DNA from: an uncultured Chlamydiae bacterium
Lineage (GTDB): Bacteria; Chlamydiota; Chlamydiia; Chlamydiales; Parachlamydiaceae
Assembly: GCA_963830365.1 (NCBI GenBank)
Contig: CAWHMU010000039.1
Span: 20,841-84,840 of the forward strand
Direction: 5' to 3'
DNA length: 64,000 bases
The notes under the pieces are model-generated. The model had not been told where the DNA came from, did no database searches, and was given only the letters and a program-made list of their open reading frames with translations. Position 1 is the stretch's first letter. Each line of letters starts with the position of its first letter. This document shows, piece after piece, positions 29,653-39,493 of the stretch. A program made the translations under genes and the position numbers.

Positions 29653-30564
29653 ATGGCATTACTTAAAGGCGTACATACGGCCTTGATCACTCCTTTTGGC
29701 ACTCAAGACAGGCTAGATGAAGAAGCACTTCGCCTCCTTATCTCCCGCCAGATCGAAAGCGGCATCGACGGCATTACCTGCCTGGGCTCGACCGGCGAGG
29801 CCCCGACGCTGAGTGAAGAAGAGCAAAGGCGTATCATCACCATCGCCCGCCAGGAAATCCACGGTCCGACATTGCTGATGGTCGGCACCGGCAGCTACGC
29901 CACCAGCCAGGCGATCAAAAACACCCGCCAAGCCGAACAGATGGGTGCAGACATGGCCCTCATCGTCACGCCCTACTACAATAAGCCCACCCAAGAAGGA
30001 CTGTACCTGCATTTTAAAGCCATCGCTGAAGCTACCAGTCTGCCTATCGTCGTCTACAATGTGCCAGGCAGGACCGGCCAGAATTTACAGCTTGACACGC
30101 TAAGACGGCTGGCGGAAATCCCCAGCATCATCGGCATCAAAGAGTGCGCCGGCAGCCTCTCCCAAATTAGCGATATCATCGAAATGATCCGCGAGGTGCG
30201 TCCCGACTTCTCCGTCATGAGCGGCGATGACAACGCCACCTTGCCCTTGATGGCCCTGGGCGGTCACGGCATTATCTCTGTGGTCAGCAACCTGCTGCCT
30301 AAGGAAGTCAAAGCCTTAACCGAGGCCGCAGCCGCCGGCGACTTCGCCACTGCCAGACAGATACATTACCGGCTGGCCCCACTCTTCAGGGCGGCCTTCT
30401 GCGAAACCAATCCCATCCCGATTAAGGCTGCCATGACCCTGTCCGATCTGCCGGCGGGCGCCTGCCGCCTGCCCCTCTGCTCCCTGCGCCCAGAAAACGT
30501 GAGCATGCTAGCTAGGGTCCTGGGGCTCTACGATCCGCATTATAACACCATTATCCGCTCATAA
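29653..30564 (+). CDS. dapA: 4-hydroxy-tetrahydrodipicolinate synthase
   Basis: ALITPF, GSTGE, PYYNKP, YNVPGRTG, GIKE and SGDD motifs. Confidence 0.96.
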   Translation: MALLKGVHTALITPFGTQDRLDEEALRLLISRQIESGIDGITCLGSTGEAPTLSEEEQRRIITIARQEIHGPTLLMVGTGSYATSQAIKNTRQAEQMGADMALIVTPYYNKPTQEGLYLHFKAIAEATSLPIVVYNVPGRTGQNLQLDTLRRLAEIPSIIGIKECAGSLSQISDIIEMIREVRPDFSVMSGDDNATLPLMALGGHGIISVVSNLLPKEVKALTEAAAAGDFATARQIHYRLAPLFRAAFCETNPIPIKAAMTLSDLPAGACRLPLCSLRPENVSMLARVLGLYDPHYNTIIRS

Positions 30565-30581
30565 AAAACTATGAATACGAG

Positions 30582-30764
30582 TCAACGCAAACAGCCAAGA
30601 GCGCAAAGAAAGCCAACAGAAAAATCATATTACATCATGACAGGATAGCTATGACGCTTTCGCTATGATTTGAGCAGGTATTCCCCTTTGAAGTTATGTG
30701 TGTCTTATATTTTATGGCTTGTTCCTTTGCGGCTTTGCGTGCTTGGCTGTGCCTTTGCGTTTAA
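30582..30764. repeat. CGCAAAG-type periodic inverted repeat at a convergent junction
   Basis: tcaacgcaaacagccaagagcgcaaag ... ctttgcgtgcttggctgtgcctttgcgtttaa. Confidence 0.7.
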
Positions 30765-30816
30765 TCGAATGCACAGCTTATTGATCGCAGAAATGCTGCG
30801 ACAGCAGAGTCTGGGC

Positions 30817-31683
30817 TTAATTGACGAAGATCAGACCCTGGATGTCGGGGAGGCCGAGCTCGCTTTGGCCGGTGACGACATGCAGGTTGGGCAGGATAAA
30901 GATGTCCTGGCTATGATGGGAATGGCCGCATAGGACGAGCAGTTGCTTTTCAGGATGATGCTGCATGACATCTTTCAAGGCCTCGCCTGTGGCTTTGCCA
31001 ACGAAGTGCGGGGACCAGTTGGCATCTGAAGGCTTGCCATCAAAAAGGCAAGCTTCTTCAAAAGGCGGCACATGCGTAAGCAGTACCACGTGCGTATAAA
31101 TCTTAAAGGCTTTGATCAATTGCTTTTTCAAAAAACCGGCAGCTTCAGTGCCCAACTCATGCAGCTTAAGCATGCGCTCTTCCTGATTCAGGCGTTTTAG
31201 CTCTTCAATTAGATAGTAGTCGTTAAGCATGATGTCGGAGTTAAGGAAGTCACCGGCCCTGGCATCGGACCAGCCATCATGGCCGATCAAGGCGGTATGT
31301 TTGGAAAGCTGGATGATGCCATTGTCGGTGAGGTATTGGATCTTGGAATTGCTCTTGGTCAAGGCATGTGCCATGCGACGCGTTTGAGCAATAGAGCCGT
31401 AGTAGAAATCGTGATTACCAAGCACAAAATAAAACTGCTTGTCGATCAGTTTTTCCAAATTGGCCAAATGCATCAACGAGGCGGTGCCATTGCTGATATC
31501 ACCGCCGATAAGCACAAGATCCGGCTCATGCGAAGCAATTAATTCGTGAAACATCCGATACTGGGCTTTATCTATGGCATCCAGATGCAGATCCGTCAGC
31601 CAGATCAGCCGCCTTATCGAGGCGCCGCTATCATCTCTGAAATTAATTTCATGCGTCATTACGGCCACAGTTCCTGCATTCAT
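30817..31683 (-). CDS. Calcineurin-like metallophosphoesterase (Icc/CpdA-like)
   Basis: TDLH, GGDI, GNHD, THVPP and GHSH motifs. Confidence 0.9.
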   Translation of the reverse strand: MNAGTVAVMTHEINFRDDSGASIRRLIWLTDLHLDAIDKAQYRMFHELIASHEPDLVLIGGDISNGTASLMHLANLEKLIDKQFYFVLGNHDFYYGSIAQTRRMAHALTKSNSKIQYLTDNGIIQLSKHTALIGHDGWSDARAGDFLNSDIMLNDYYLIEELKRLNQEERMLKLHELGTEAAGFLKKQLIKAFKIYTHVVLLTHVPPFEEACLFDGKPSDANWSPHFVGKATGEALKDVMQHHPEKQLLVLCGHSHHSQDIFILPNLHVVTGQSELGLPDIQGLIFVN

Positions 31684-31749
31684 ACTTGTATATTTTGTAA
31701 GGAAAAACTAGGGTAAAGTACAGTATTTTCTTACTTTATTGAGTAAATC

Positions 31750-32208
31750 ATGTCATTTGAGCAGTCCTTGACCTGTATGCCTTATACCCCTTCAGCCGGG
31801 ATGCTATTCCCTCTCCTACCTGATGATTCCAACGCCATCGCAGACTGTCTGTCTGCGACGCCTGTCGAAAGTGTGGCTTTTAGCCTGGCAGCGCTGGCAG
31901 CGCGCATTTTTATACCTTGTCTGAGCGTGCCATTATTAGGCATTGCAGCTGGCGTGCTGACAACTAAGCTTGTGTGGAAATTTTTTGATCGCTATAATGC
32001 CCCCATGGCCGGCATCACCAAAATTGCCTGCAGATTTAATAAAAAACACCCAAAGTTGCAGCTAATCACATTTATCTTTACACTCGCCATCAGTTGCTTC
32101 TCGCAAGGGTTGGGTTTGCTCGCAGGGACATTGCTTGGCTGCTTTGGGGCGGTCATTCTGGATGTCGAAAGTTACAAGCTCATCCAACAGGCGAGGCGAA
32201 AGGGATAA
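31750..32208 (+). CDS. Hypothetical membrane protein
   Basis: Two hydrophobic hairpins in 152 aa. Confidence 0.6.
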   Translation: MSFEQSLTCMPYTPSAGMLFPLLPDDSNAIADCLSATPVESVAFSLAALAARIFIPCLSVPLLGIAAGVLTTKLVWKFFDRYNAPMAGITKIACRFNKKHPKLQLITFIFTLAISCFSQGLGLLAGTLLGCFGAVILDVESYKLIQQARRKG

Positions 32209-32235
32209 AAATCTAACACTCTTTAAGGATGTCAC

Positions 32236-32826
32236 GTGTCTATATTCGCTCTGGCCCTCACCTTTTTCCTGGTTGCCAACCCCATTGGCAACTCACCGGC
32301 CATGCTGGCCCTGGTCAAAGATTTCCCGTTCGAACGCCAAAAGATCATCATCTTCCGCGAAGGCATCATCGCATTCATCATCGCCATCTTCTTCCAATTC
32401 TTCGGCGAACTGTTCTTGGGCGCCCTGCACATCAGCGACTATGCCTTAGCGCTTACCGGCGGCATGGTGCTATTTATTGTCGCCCTGCAGATGCTGTTTC
32501 ATAAGCCAGAAGAAAAACAAGGCGTCCAATTAAAGCAAGAGCCTTTTATCGTCCCGATCGCCACGCCGTTGATTTCAGGGCCCGGATTGATGACCATGAT
32601 CATGGTCAGCTCGCGCGCCGAAGCTAACGACCTTAAAATGACGCTTGCTATCATGCTGGCATGGGTGGGCGTGATGGCCGTTGTCATCGGCGCTCCCTAC
32701 CTGCAGAAGCTGATCGGCAAACACGGCCTGGCCGCCCTCGAACAGGTCATGGGTCTCGTATTGGGCCTGATGTCGATGCAGATGATTATCAATGGCGCCT
32801 ATCTATTTGCCAAAACCCTTTCATAA
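32236..32826 (+). CDS. MarC family integral membrane protein
   Basis: ANPIGN and VPIATPLISGPG motifs; 6 TM segments. Confidence 0.9.
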   Translation: MSIFALALTFFLVANPIGNSPAMLALVKDFPFERQKIIIFREGIIAFIIAIFFQFFGELFLGALHISDYALALTGGMVLFIVALQMLFHKPEEKQGVQLKQEPFIVPIATPLISGPGLMTMIMVSSRAEANDLKMTLAIMLAWVGVMAVVIGAPYLQKLIGKHGLAALEQVMGLVLGLMSMQMIINGAYLFAKTLS

Positions 32827-32840
32827 TTCAGGAATACATC

Positions 32841-33434
32841 ATGACGCTGCTAAATCTTGCCATCATCCTGTTTCTAATCATGGATCCCATCGGCAACATC
32901 TCATCCTTCCTCAATACCATGCGCGATATCCCCGCCAAGCGGCGCCAGGTGATCATCATGCGGGAAATGCTGATCGCGCTTGGCGCAATGATAGCCTTCA
33001 ATTATCTTGGAGAATTTATCTTCAATGTACTCAAGGTCTCAGAAACAGCTTTGCGGCTGGCGTCCGGCGCTATCTTATTCCTCGTAGCCATCAAAATCCT
33101 GTTTCCCAGCTCTGACAGCCTAAGGGCCAACCTACCGGCCGACGAGCCTTTCGTCACGCCGCTTGCCATCCCGCTCATCGCCGGTCCCTCGTTGCTGGCC
33201 ACCATCATGCTATTTGCCCATCTGGAGCCAAGCCTGCTTTCCATGCTGGGAGCCATCCTGTTGGCCTGGACGGCTGCCGCAGCCATCCTGCTCTCTGGAG
33301 CGCGCCTGCATAAACTATTGGGTGTGAATGGCTTGATGGCTTGCGAGCGCCTGATGGCCATGGTCCTGATCATGCTGGCCATCCAGCGCTTCCTGGAAGG
33401 CGTGCAGATGTTCGCCAAAAACTGCACGCTTTAA
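32841..33434 (+). CDS. MarC family integral membrane protein (second copy)
   Basis: IMDPIGN, PLAIPLIAGPS and ERLMAMVL motifs. Confidence 0.9.
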   Translation: MTLLNLAIILFLIMDPIGNISSFLNTMRDIPAKRRQVIIMREMLIALGAMIAFNYLGEFIFNVLKVSETALRLASGAILFLVAIKILFPSSDSLRANLPADEPFVTPLAIPLIAGPSLLATIMLFAHLEPSLLSMLGAILLAWTAAAAILLSGARLHKLLGVNGLMACERLMAMVLIMLAIQRFLEGVQMFAKNCTL

Positions 33435-34187
33435 ATGCATAACATTAAGCTGACAGTCGCTTATGATGGTACTAACTACCTCGGCTGGCAGAAGACCGGC
33501 ATGGGGCCGAGCATTGAAGAGACGCTGCAGGTAGTACTGGAAAGGATTTTACAAGAAAAAATCGTATTGCAGGCCGCCAGCCGCACCGATGCAGGCGTGC
33601 ATGCCGAAGGACAAATCGTCAATTTCCTTACAGGCAAACCGTCGCTGCCGCTACAGCGCCTGCAGATAAGCTTGAATCGCCTGCTGCCGAAAGACATAGC
33701 CATCCTGGGGGTGGAACTAGCCGAGGAAGGCTTTCACCCCACCCTTGACTGCCTAGGCAAGGAATACAACTATACGCTATGCTATGGCCGGGCGCAGCTG
33801 CCCATGCATCGGTTATATTCCTGGCATTATCCTCACCGACTTGATATCGCCGCCATGCATGCGGCAGCGCTGCAGCTTACTGGCGAGCATGATTTTACCG
33901 CATTCTGCAACTTCAAGAGAAATCATACCTATGTACATTACGTGCGGAATGTGCATACGATCATGGTCAATGAATTGCCGGGACAGCGCCTATGCCTGTG
34001 CGTGCAGGGCAATAATTTTCTCTACAAGATGGTGCGCAACCTCGTGGGCACCATCGTCTATGCAGGCTGCGGCAAAATTGCTGTAGCAGACATTCCCGCC
34101 ATTATAGCCGCCGGGAAGCGTCCAAGCGCCGGCGTCACTGCCCCTGCCCATGGTCTGTGCCTGAAACGTGTTTTTTATGCAGAATGA
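33435..34187 (+). CDS. truA: tRNA pseudouridine(38-40) synthase
   Basis: AYDGTNYLGWQ, SRTDAGVHA, FLYKMVR and APAHGL motifs. Confidence 0.96.
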   Translation: MHNIKLTVAYDGTNYLGWQKTGMGPSIEETLQVVLERILQEKIVLQAASRTDAGVHAEGQIVNFLTGKPSLPLQRLQISLNRLLPKDIAILGVELAEEGFHPTLDCLGKEYNYTLCYGRAQLPMHRLYSWHYPHRLDIAAMHAAALQLTGEHDFTAFCNFKRNHTYVHYVRNVHTIMVNELPGQRLCLCVQGNNFLYKMVRNLVGTIVYAGCGKIAVADIPAIIAAGKRPSAGVTAPAHGLCLKRVFYAE

Positions 34188-34221
34188 ATTTTATGATATC
34201 ATTATCTTTGCATAATAGACC

Positions 34222-34843
34222 GTGAGTCCGATTCAACGCAAAGCGTGTCAGTTCCTTCGGCCCCCCCTATCTGGAAATAACATGGAATGCGACACGGTGA
34301 CACTAAAAGTTGTTTGATTAGAGGGCGATGGAGGCATACCAGCATCTAGATGCTGGTATATAAGGCTATTGTTTTAATTCCAACCAACGAAACACCCCTG
34401 ATTTCAGAACCTGTGTTAGCCGTGAATGCGGCGGACGCATGTAGCCACAGGTGTGAACATAAGAAATATGAAGCCGTGTCTACGGCGACAGTGCGTCCGG
34501 AGACTCTTCCCCCTAGACACGGCTTGGGGGCATTGGCTGTGATTACCACAGGTTCACACCTGTGGCTACATGCTTCTGCCGTATTCACGGCTAACTCAAG
34601 CTTTTGTCAGGGATATTTTGATGGATGCTCTATGCCGCAAAATAATGTGGAATTCAACATAGCGATATTAAACGGCATATGATTTGTTATTTAGGAGAAA
34701 ACAAGCCGCACATAGCACAACATGGCAGGATAACCACGGGGGTAACCTCGGGGGTAACCTCGGGGGTAACTGAGATAGGTGCTGCTGGCTTTCACTGCGT
34801 TCTTTGCGCGCTTGGCTGCTTCTTTGCATTGAATCGGATTCAC
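34222..34843. repeat. Nested repeat: 22-bp outer IR enclosing a GTAGCCACAGG hairpin (34415-34595) and a 12-bp tandem repeat
   Basis: gtgagtccgattcaacgcaaag (34222-34243) / ctttgcattgaatcggattcac (34822-34843), 20/22; inner gttagccgtgaat...gcatgtagccacaggtgtgaac / gttcacacctgtggctacatgc...attcacggctaac. Confidence 0.85.
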
Positions 34844-34885
34844 AACCCATTAACAAATTACATAAGGCTGTAAATCCAGTGTTAG

Positions 34886-35296
34886 TTAGATCAATTCCAA
34901 GAAGCGGGCTGCATACCATGCAACGAAGATGACCACCACCGAGGCTAGCACCCACAGGGCATTAGGTACCCATTTGACGCCGGCACCGGGGTTGCCGCGC
35001 ACTTCGAGCGTGCCGATGCCATAGCAAAATTCCTGCTCTTGATGGCGGTTGAAGGCTTCGTGGTTATCTTTGATGATTTTCTCGCCGTCCAAACCTAAAA
35101 AGGCCGCATATTGCCTGACAAAACCTTGCGCATAGACTGGAGAAATCAGTTTGCTGACATCGCCTTCTTCGATAGAATGCAGATAATTCATTCGGATCGA
35201 AGTCGCATTCTCAGCCTCTTTTAGAGATATATTTCTCTCAGAACGGCGCTGTTTGAAAGTTTCTCCTATGCTTTTCATATCAGTTTTGTTTATCAT
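34886..35296 (-). CDS. rodZ: RodZ-like HTH membrane protein
   Basis: IGETFKQRR...YLHSIEEGD...VYAQGFVRQYAAFLGLD plus a C-terminal TM segment; divergent from rnhC as in Chlamydia. Confidence 0.8.
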   Translation of the reverse strand: MINKTDMKSIGETFKQRRSERNISLKEAENATSIRMNYLHSIEEGDVSKLISPVYAQGFVRQYAAFLGLDGEKIIKDNHEAFNRHQEQEFCYGIGTLEVRGNPGAGVKWVPNALWVLASVVVIFVAWYAARFLELI

Positions 35297-35493
35297 AATG
35301 CAGTCTTCCACTCGTCTTGACAAGTCGAAGCCATCCTCCTTCGGGTTATAGGCAAGTCGTTTTACCTAGCCTTTGTTATACACTAATTGCAATTAAAAGA
35401 GAAAAGAGAAAAATACAGCTCAACTATTCCAAAAAAAATGCATCCTGGAATTCCAGCTTTGATTGCCGATCACTATAAACAACATTAAAAATT

Positions 35494-36417
35494 ATGAATG
35501 ATTCAGCCCCCTCTTCTTCTGTCTTCGTCGCCACCATCGACATCGTGCTTGCAAAAAAAATGATCCAGGATCTGAAAAATCAGGATTTCGACATTACCAT
35601 TCCTCAATATACTGTCTTTGCGGCCAAAAAAAAAGGGGTCTCCTGCACCTTATATAAATCCGGCAAGCTTACCGTCCAGGGCAAAGAAATGGGAGCCTTC
35701 ATCGAATTCTACCTCGAACCCCACATCCTAAAAACTTTTACCTACAGCTATAAAGAGGTCCTACCAGCCACCGAACATAACCTCACCGGACATATCGGCA
35801 TTGACGAATCCGGCAAAGGCGACTTCTTCGGTCCCCTCTGCGTCGCCGGCGTCTTTGCAGCCGGCGATGGCATCGCCAGGCTCAAGCAGCTCGGCGTGCG
35901 CGATTCCAAAACCCTCACCGATGCCGCCATCCTGACGCTGGCCCATAAGATCCGCCAGGAATTCTTGCACCATATCGTCAAAATCAACCCTCCAAAATAT
36001 AATGAACTGATCGTGCAATTCAAAAACCTCAACCGCCTGTTGGCCTGGGGACACGCCACCGCTATCGAACAGCTGGCCGAGCGGACAGGCTGCCGGCATA
36101 TCGTCGTCGACCAATTCGCCAACGAAGAGGTGGTGCTGACGGCCGTCAAGCGCAAAAAACTTGACCTGGACATCACACAGCGCCATCGGGCTGAAGAGGA
36201 CATCGTCGTGGCTGCCGCTTCGATACTAGCGCGCTGCGCCTTTGTGGAGGGGTTGGCTATGCTGGAAAAACAATACGGACAGGCGTTGCCTAAGGGCGCC
36301 TCGCAAAAGACCATCGCCGCCGGACGTCAGTTTGTGCGCACCCATGGCAGGGAAAACTTGGGCCAGGTCGCCAAACTCCACTTTAAAACCCTTGACTCCG
36401 TTATTGAAAGGGGCTAG
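35494..36417 (+). CDS. rnhC: Ribonuclease HIII
   Basis: TBP-like N domain (LYKSGKLTVQG); IGIDESGKGDFFGPL, DSK, VDQF and AAASILAR motifs. Confidence 0.95.
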   Translation: MNDSAPSSSVFVATIDIVLAKKMIQDLKNQDFDITIPQYTVFAAKKKGVSCTLYKSGKLTVQGKEMGAFIEFYLEPHILKTFTYSYKEVLPATEHNLTGHIGIDESGKGDFFGPLCVAGVFAAGDGIARLKQLGVRDSKTLTDAAILTLAHKIRQEFLHHIVKINPPKYNELIVQFKNLNRLLAWGHATAIEQLAERTGCRHIVVDQFANEEVVLTAVKRKKLDLDITQRHRAEEDIVVAAASILARCAFVEGLAMLEKQYGQALPKGASQKTIAAGRQFVRTHGRENLGQVAKLHFKTLDSVIERG

Positions 36418-36459
36418 CAGAACAGGGGGGATATGACTGGCAGTAATTCCTGCCGAAAG

Positions 36460-36592
36460 TTCACCACAGTGGCAAAGAGACACAGAAAAAAACTAGCTAT
36501 TGGTCCTGCCCTAGACTTCCTTTTACTTCTATGCTGTTTGTCCTGTTTTTTTGTATCGTTGTTTTCTCGGCGCCTCTAGGGCGCTGTGGTAA
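36460..36592. repeat. CACAG-family imperfect inverted repeat
   Basis: ttcaccacagtggcaaagagacacagaaaa ... ttttctcggcgcctctagggcgctgtggtaaa. Confidence 0.55.
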
Positions 36593-36690
36593 ATTTTTTT
36601 AGACAGAATTGCCGCCTTATTTGTTACCAACTTGCGTTATTATCGACAAAACGGCAGAATGACCCTAATTTTCTAATGAAAGGGATTTTT

Positions 36691-37176
36691 ATGAGCAATC
36701 GCATCACACTGGGCATGACGATCGCCGTTTTAGGCGGGTTTGCCATCATCTTACTCATGAATATCGCGGCGCTCATGGGCTTCATTCCGGCTAAATACAT
36801 TTCTCCCAATGATGTGCGCGGCATGGCGGTGGAACATGACCATGTGCTATATACGCTCAATTTCGCCCAACAAAACACGCTCATCGACATCTTCAACCGT
36901 ACCATTCCGGTATCCCCTGAAGTAGTCGAGACGCGTAAAACGACGATGAAGCAGTCTTCCGGCGTCCAAAAAATCATCATTTACCGCTTCAACGCGCCTG
37001 ACATCGAAATCCGTCCAGTGGCCTATGTTAAAAAGAGCAGTTCAGCCATGACACAAACCGACCAGGGACATGGCAACATTGTCTTTTCAGTCCCTGAGTG
37101 GAACCGGGACGGCCTGCTCGAAGAGGCAGCCTCTGATGAAACCCATAATCTACTCCTTACAACCTACGACCATTAA
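36691..37176 (+). CDS. Hypothetical protein with an N-terminal TM anchor
   Basis: Hydrophobic N-terminus; host-like codon usage; directly upstream of recN. Confidence 0.7.
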   Translation: MSNRITLGMTIAVLGGFAIILLMNIAALMGFIPAKYISPNDVRGMAVEHDHVLYTLNFAQQNTLIDIFNRTIPVSPEVVETRKTTMKQSSGVQKIIIYRFNAPDIEIRPVAYVKKSSSAMTQTDQGHGNIVFSVPEWNRDGLLEEAASDETHNLLLTTYDH

Positions 37177-37190
37177 CAACATCTTTTGCT

Positions 37191-38804
37191 ATGCTTAAAG
37201 AACTACGCCTCACCAATATCGTCTTAGTCGAATCTGCCGCCATCCAATTCGCCGCCGGCTTCAACGTCTTGTCAGGTGAAAGCGGCGCCGGCAAATCGGC
37301 CATCATGAACGCGCTAAACCTCATCGCCGGCGAGCGCTGCGACACCTCCTATCTTCGGCGCGGGGCCGACAAAGGCATCGTCGAAGCCGTTTTCGATATC
37401 GACCAGATTCCACGCCTAGCCATACTGCTCGACGAGGCCGGTATCGACCATGAGCGGGGAACAGAACTGCTCATCCGCCGCGAACTTGCCGCTACAGGCA
37501 AAAGCCGGGCCTTTATCAACAACCAGTTAGCCCAAGCTACCCTGCTGCGGCAAATTTCGGAACATCTCTTTGATGTTATCGGCCAGCATGCCAACCAGAA
37601 ATTACTGTCGCTGGACTACCACCGCCATGCCCTTGACCTTTATGGCGACTTGCAAAGGGATATGTCTTCCTTTGCCAAGTGCTGGGATGAAGAGCTGCAT
37701 ACGCGCCAAAAGCTCGAGAAGCTGATCAGTTCAGAAGCCCAACGCCTCCGCGACATCGAAATCTGCCGCATGGAGATCGAAGAGCTCGAAGAGGCCAACC
37801 TAAAGGAAGACGAAGAAGAGCTGCTATTTGCCGAATATACACAGCTGTCGCATGCCGACGAGCTGTTGCAAAAAGCCGGCGAGCTCAACCGCATGTTCAG
37901 CGGGGAAAAAAGCGCCGTCCTCACCCAGCTGGGCCGTCAAAAAACGACGCTTGAACAGCTAGTGCGCCTGGCTCCCACACTGGCTGAAACCGCCACCACC
38001 TATGAAAATGCCTTGCTCGAACTTGAAGAAGTCGCCCACACCCTACGCCTTTATGAAGCGCGCATCGAACACAATCCGGAACAAGCCGCCCAGCTTAGTG
38101 CCCGCCTGGAACTCATCACGCGCTTGAAACGCAAATATGGCCACTCTGTCGCCGATATCAATGCCTATTTACTGCAATCACAGAGCAAGCTCGGCCAGCT
38201 CGAAACGACCGACGATCAGATCGCCGCCCTGCAAGAAAAACTCAGCGTCTTGTGTGCCGAAAGCAACGCCCTGGCGGCTGGCCTTACAGAGGGCCGCAAG
38301 CAGGCTGCCACCCATCTGCAAGCTGCTATCGTAGAACATCTGCGTGCTTTAAATATGCCTAAAGTCGAAATCTTTGTGGAAGTGCTTCCCCAGAAACGCA
38401 ACCGCTGCGGCGACGACAAAATCGAAATTTTCATCACCCCAAATGTCGGCGAGCACCGCGTCTCCTTACGCGAATGCGCAAGCGGCGGCGAACTATCGCG
38501 CACCATGCTCGCCATGCAGGCCGTCTTGGCCGGCAAGGAAAAGATGCCGACACTGGTATTCGATGAGATAGATGCCAATATCGGCGGCGAGACCGCCACC
38601 GTCGTCGGCGAAAAACTGCGTGCCATCGCCTGCCAGCACCAGGTGCTGTGCATCACCCACTTCCCTCAGGTGGCAAAATTTGCCGAACATCACATCCGCA
38701 TCTCCAAGCAGGAGGTCGACGGGCGCACCGTCACCATCGTCGATAGCCTCGATGATAATGCCCACCGGCACGAACTTACGCGCATGCTCGGCGGCAGCCG
38801 TTAA
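37191..38804 (+). CDS. recN: DNA repair protein RecN
   Basis: SGESGAGKS, coiled coil, ASGGELSR, VFDEID and CITHFPQVA motifs. Confidence 0.96.
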   Translation: MLKELRLTNIVLVESAAIQFAAGFNVLSGESGAGKSAIMNALNLIAGERCDTSYLRRGADKGIVEAVFDIDQIPRLAILLDEAGIDHERGTELLIRRELAATGKSRAFINNQLAQATLLRQISEHLFDVIGQHANQKLLSLDYHRHALDLYGDLQRDMSSFAKCWDEELHTRQKLEKLISSEAQRLRDIEICRMEIEELEEANLKEDEEELLFAEYTQLSHADELLQKAGELNRMFSGEKSAVLTQLGRQKTTLEQLVRLAPTLAETATTYENALLELEEVAHTLRLYEARIEHNPEQAAQLSARLELITRLKRKYGHSVADINAYLLQSQSKLGQLETTDDQIAALQEKLSVLCAESNALAAGLTEGRKQAATHLQAAIVEHLRALNMPKVEIFVEVLPQKRNRCGDDKIEIFITPNVGEHRVSLRECASGGELSRTMLAMQAVLAGKEKMPTLVFDEIDANIGGETATVVGEKLRAIACQHQVLCITHFPQVAKFAEHHIRISKQEVDGRTVTIVDSLDDNAHRHELTRMLGGSR

Positions 38805-38832
38805 GGCATCCTTAAAGCCTGTTATTTTTTTT

Positions 38833-39379
38833 GGTTCATCACGCAAATGAGTACCTAATTAACAAAGCCCTAACAGCAATCTCCATTTCCCTTCTCTGTG
38901 CCTCTTTGCCTCGGTGGTGGATCCAATACACCAACATAGGTAACACTTTGATTAATAATACTAGTCCTCAAGCAAGCTGATTACACCACAGAGTCACAAA
39001 GAAGGTCGGGAAAACCTCTTGGGTACTCATTTGCGTGATGGGCCCTTTTTTTCTGCGCGAATTGTCAATTTGTTTTGACAATGAGATCCAGGCCTTTTTC
39101 AAATAAGACTCCTTATAAATCTCAAGCCTGACCTCAAGCCGAACAACCAAAGGCTGCATTACAGATTTTTTAAATTTCAACCTCAATCAACCTAGCATCG
39201 GCAGTTGTCCTGGAAAACCCGCCTAACCTTCTTGAATGCAACGGTTTGCCAGCAACAGAACCTCGCCGGTTTGTTGATGTCCCCACCTTTCACAAACCAT
39301 TGCAGCCAAAAACCTTGAACACCTTTTCACACGTTCAACGGCCTTTTCTAAGATCTACCACTCATTTGCCTGATGGGCC
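38833..39379. repeat. 19-bp perfect IR enclosing a CACAGAG pair, plus a third direct copy
   Basis: catcacgcaaatgagtacc (38837-38855) / ggtactcatttgcgtgatg (39022-39040); actcatttgcctgatgggcc at 39360-39379. Confidence 0.75.
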
Positions 39380-39493
39380 ATATATCTAATTGTGTTGAAA
39401 ATACAATTTGTCGTAATGGTTTATTTAATGTCTTTTTACAAAAGCTAGCGGCCAAAAATAAAGACCTTAAATATTCCAATAGAGGCAATAAAT

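Noticed and set aside
32236..33434. Tandem MarC genes as a novelty
   Set aside because: As I recall, paired MarC-family genes are common in Chlamydiae
34346..34955. Short ORFs across the truA-rodZ gap
   Set aside because: Translations of palindromic repeats; the same peptide appears on both strands
38968..39186. 72-aa minus-strand ORF
   Set aside because: No recognisable motif, overlaps repeat arms; at most a remnant
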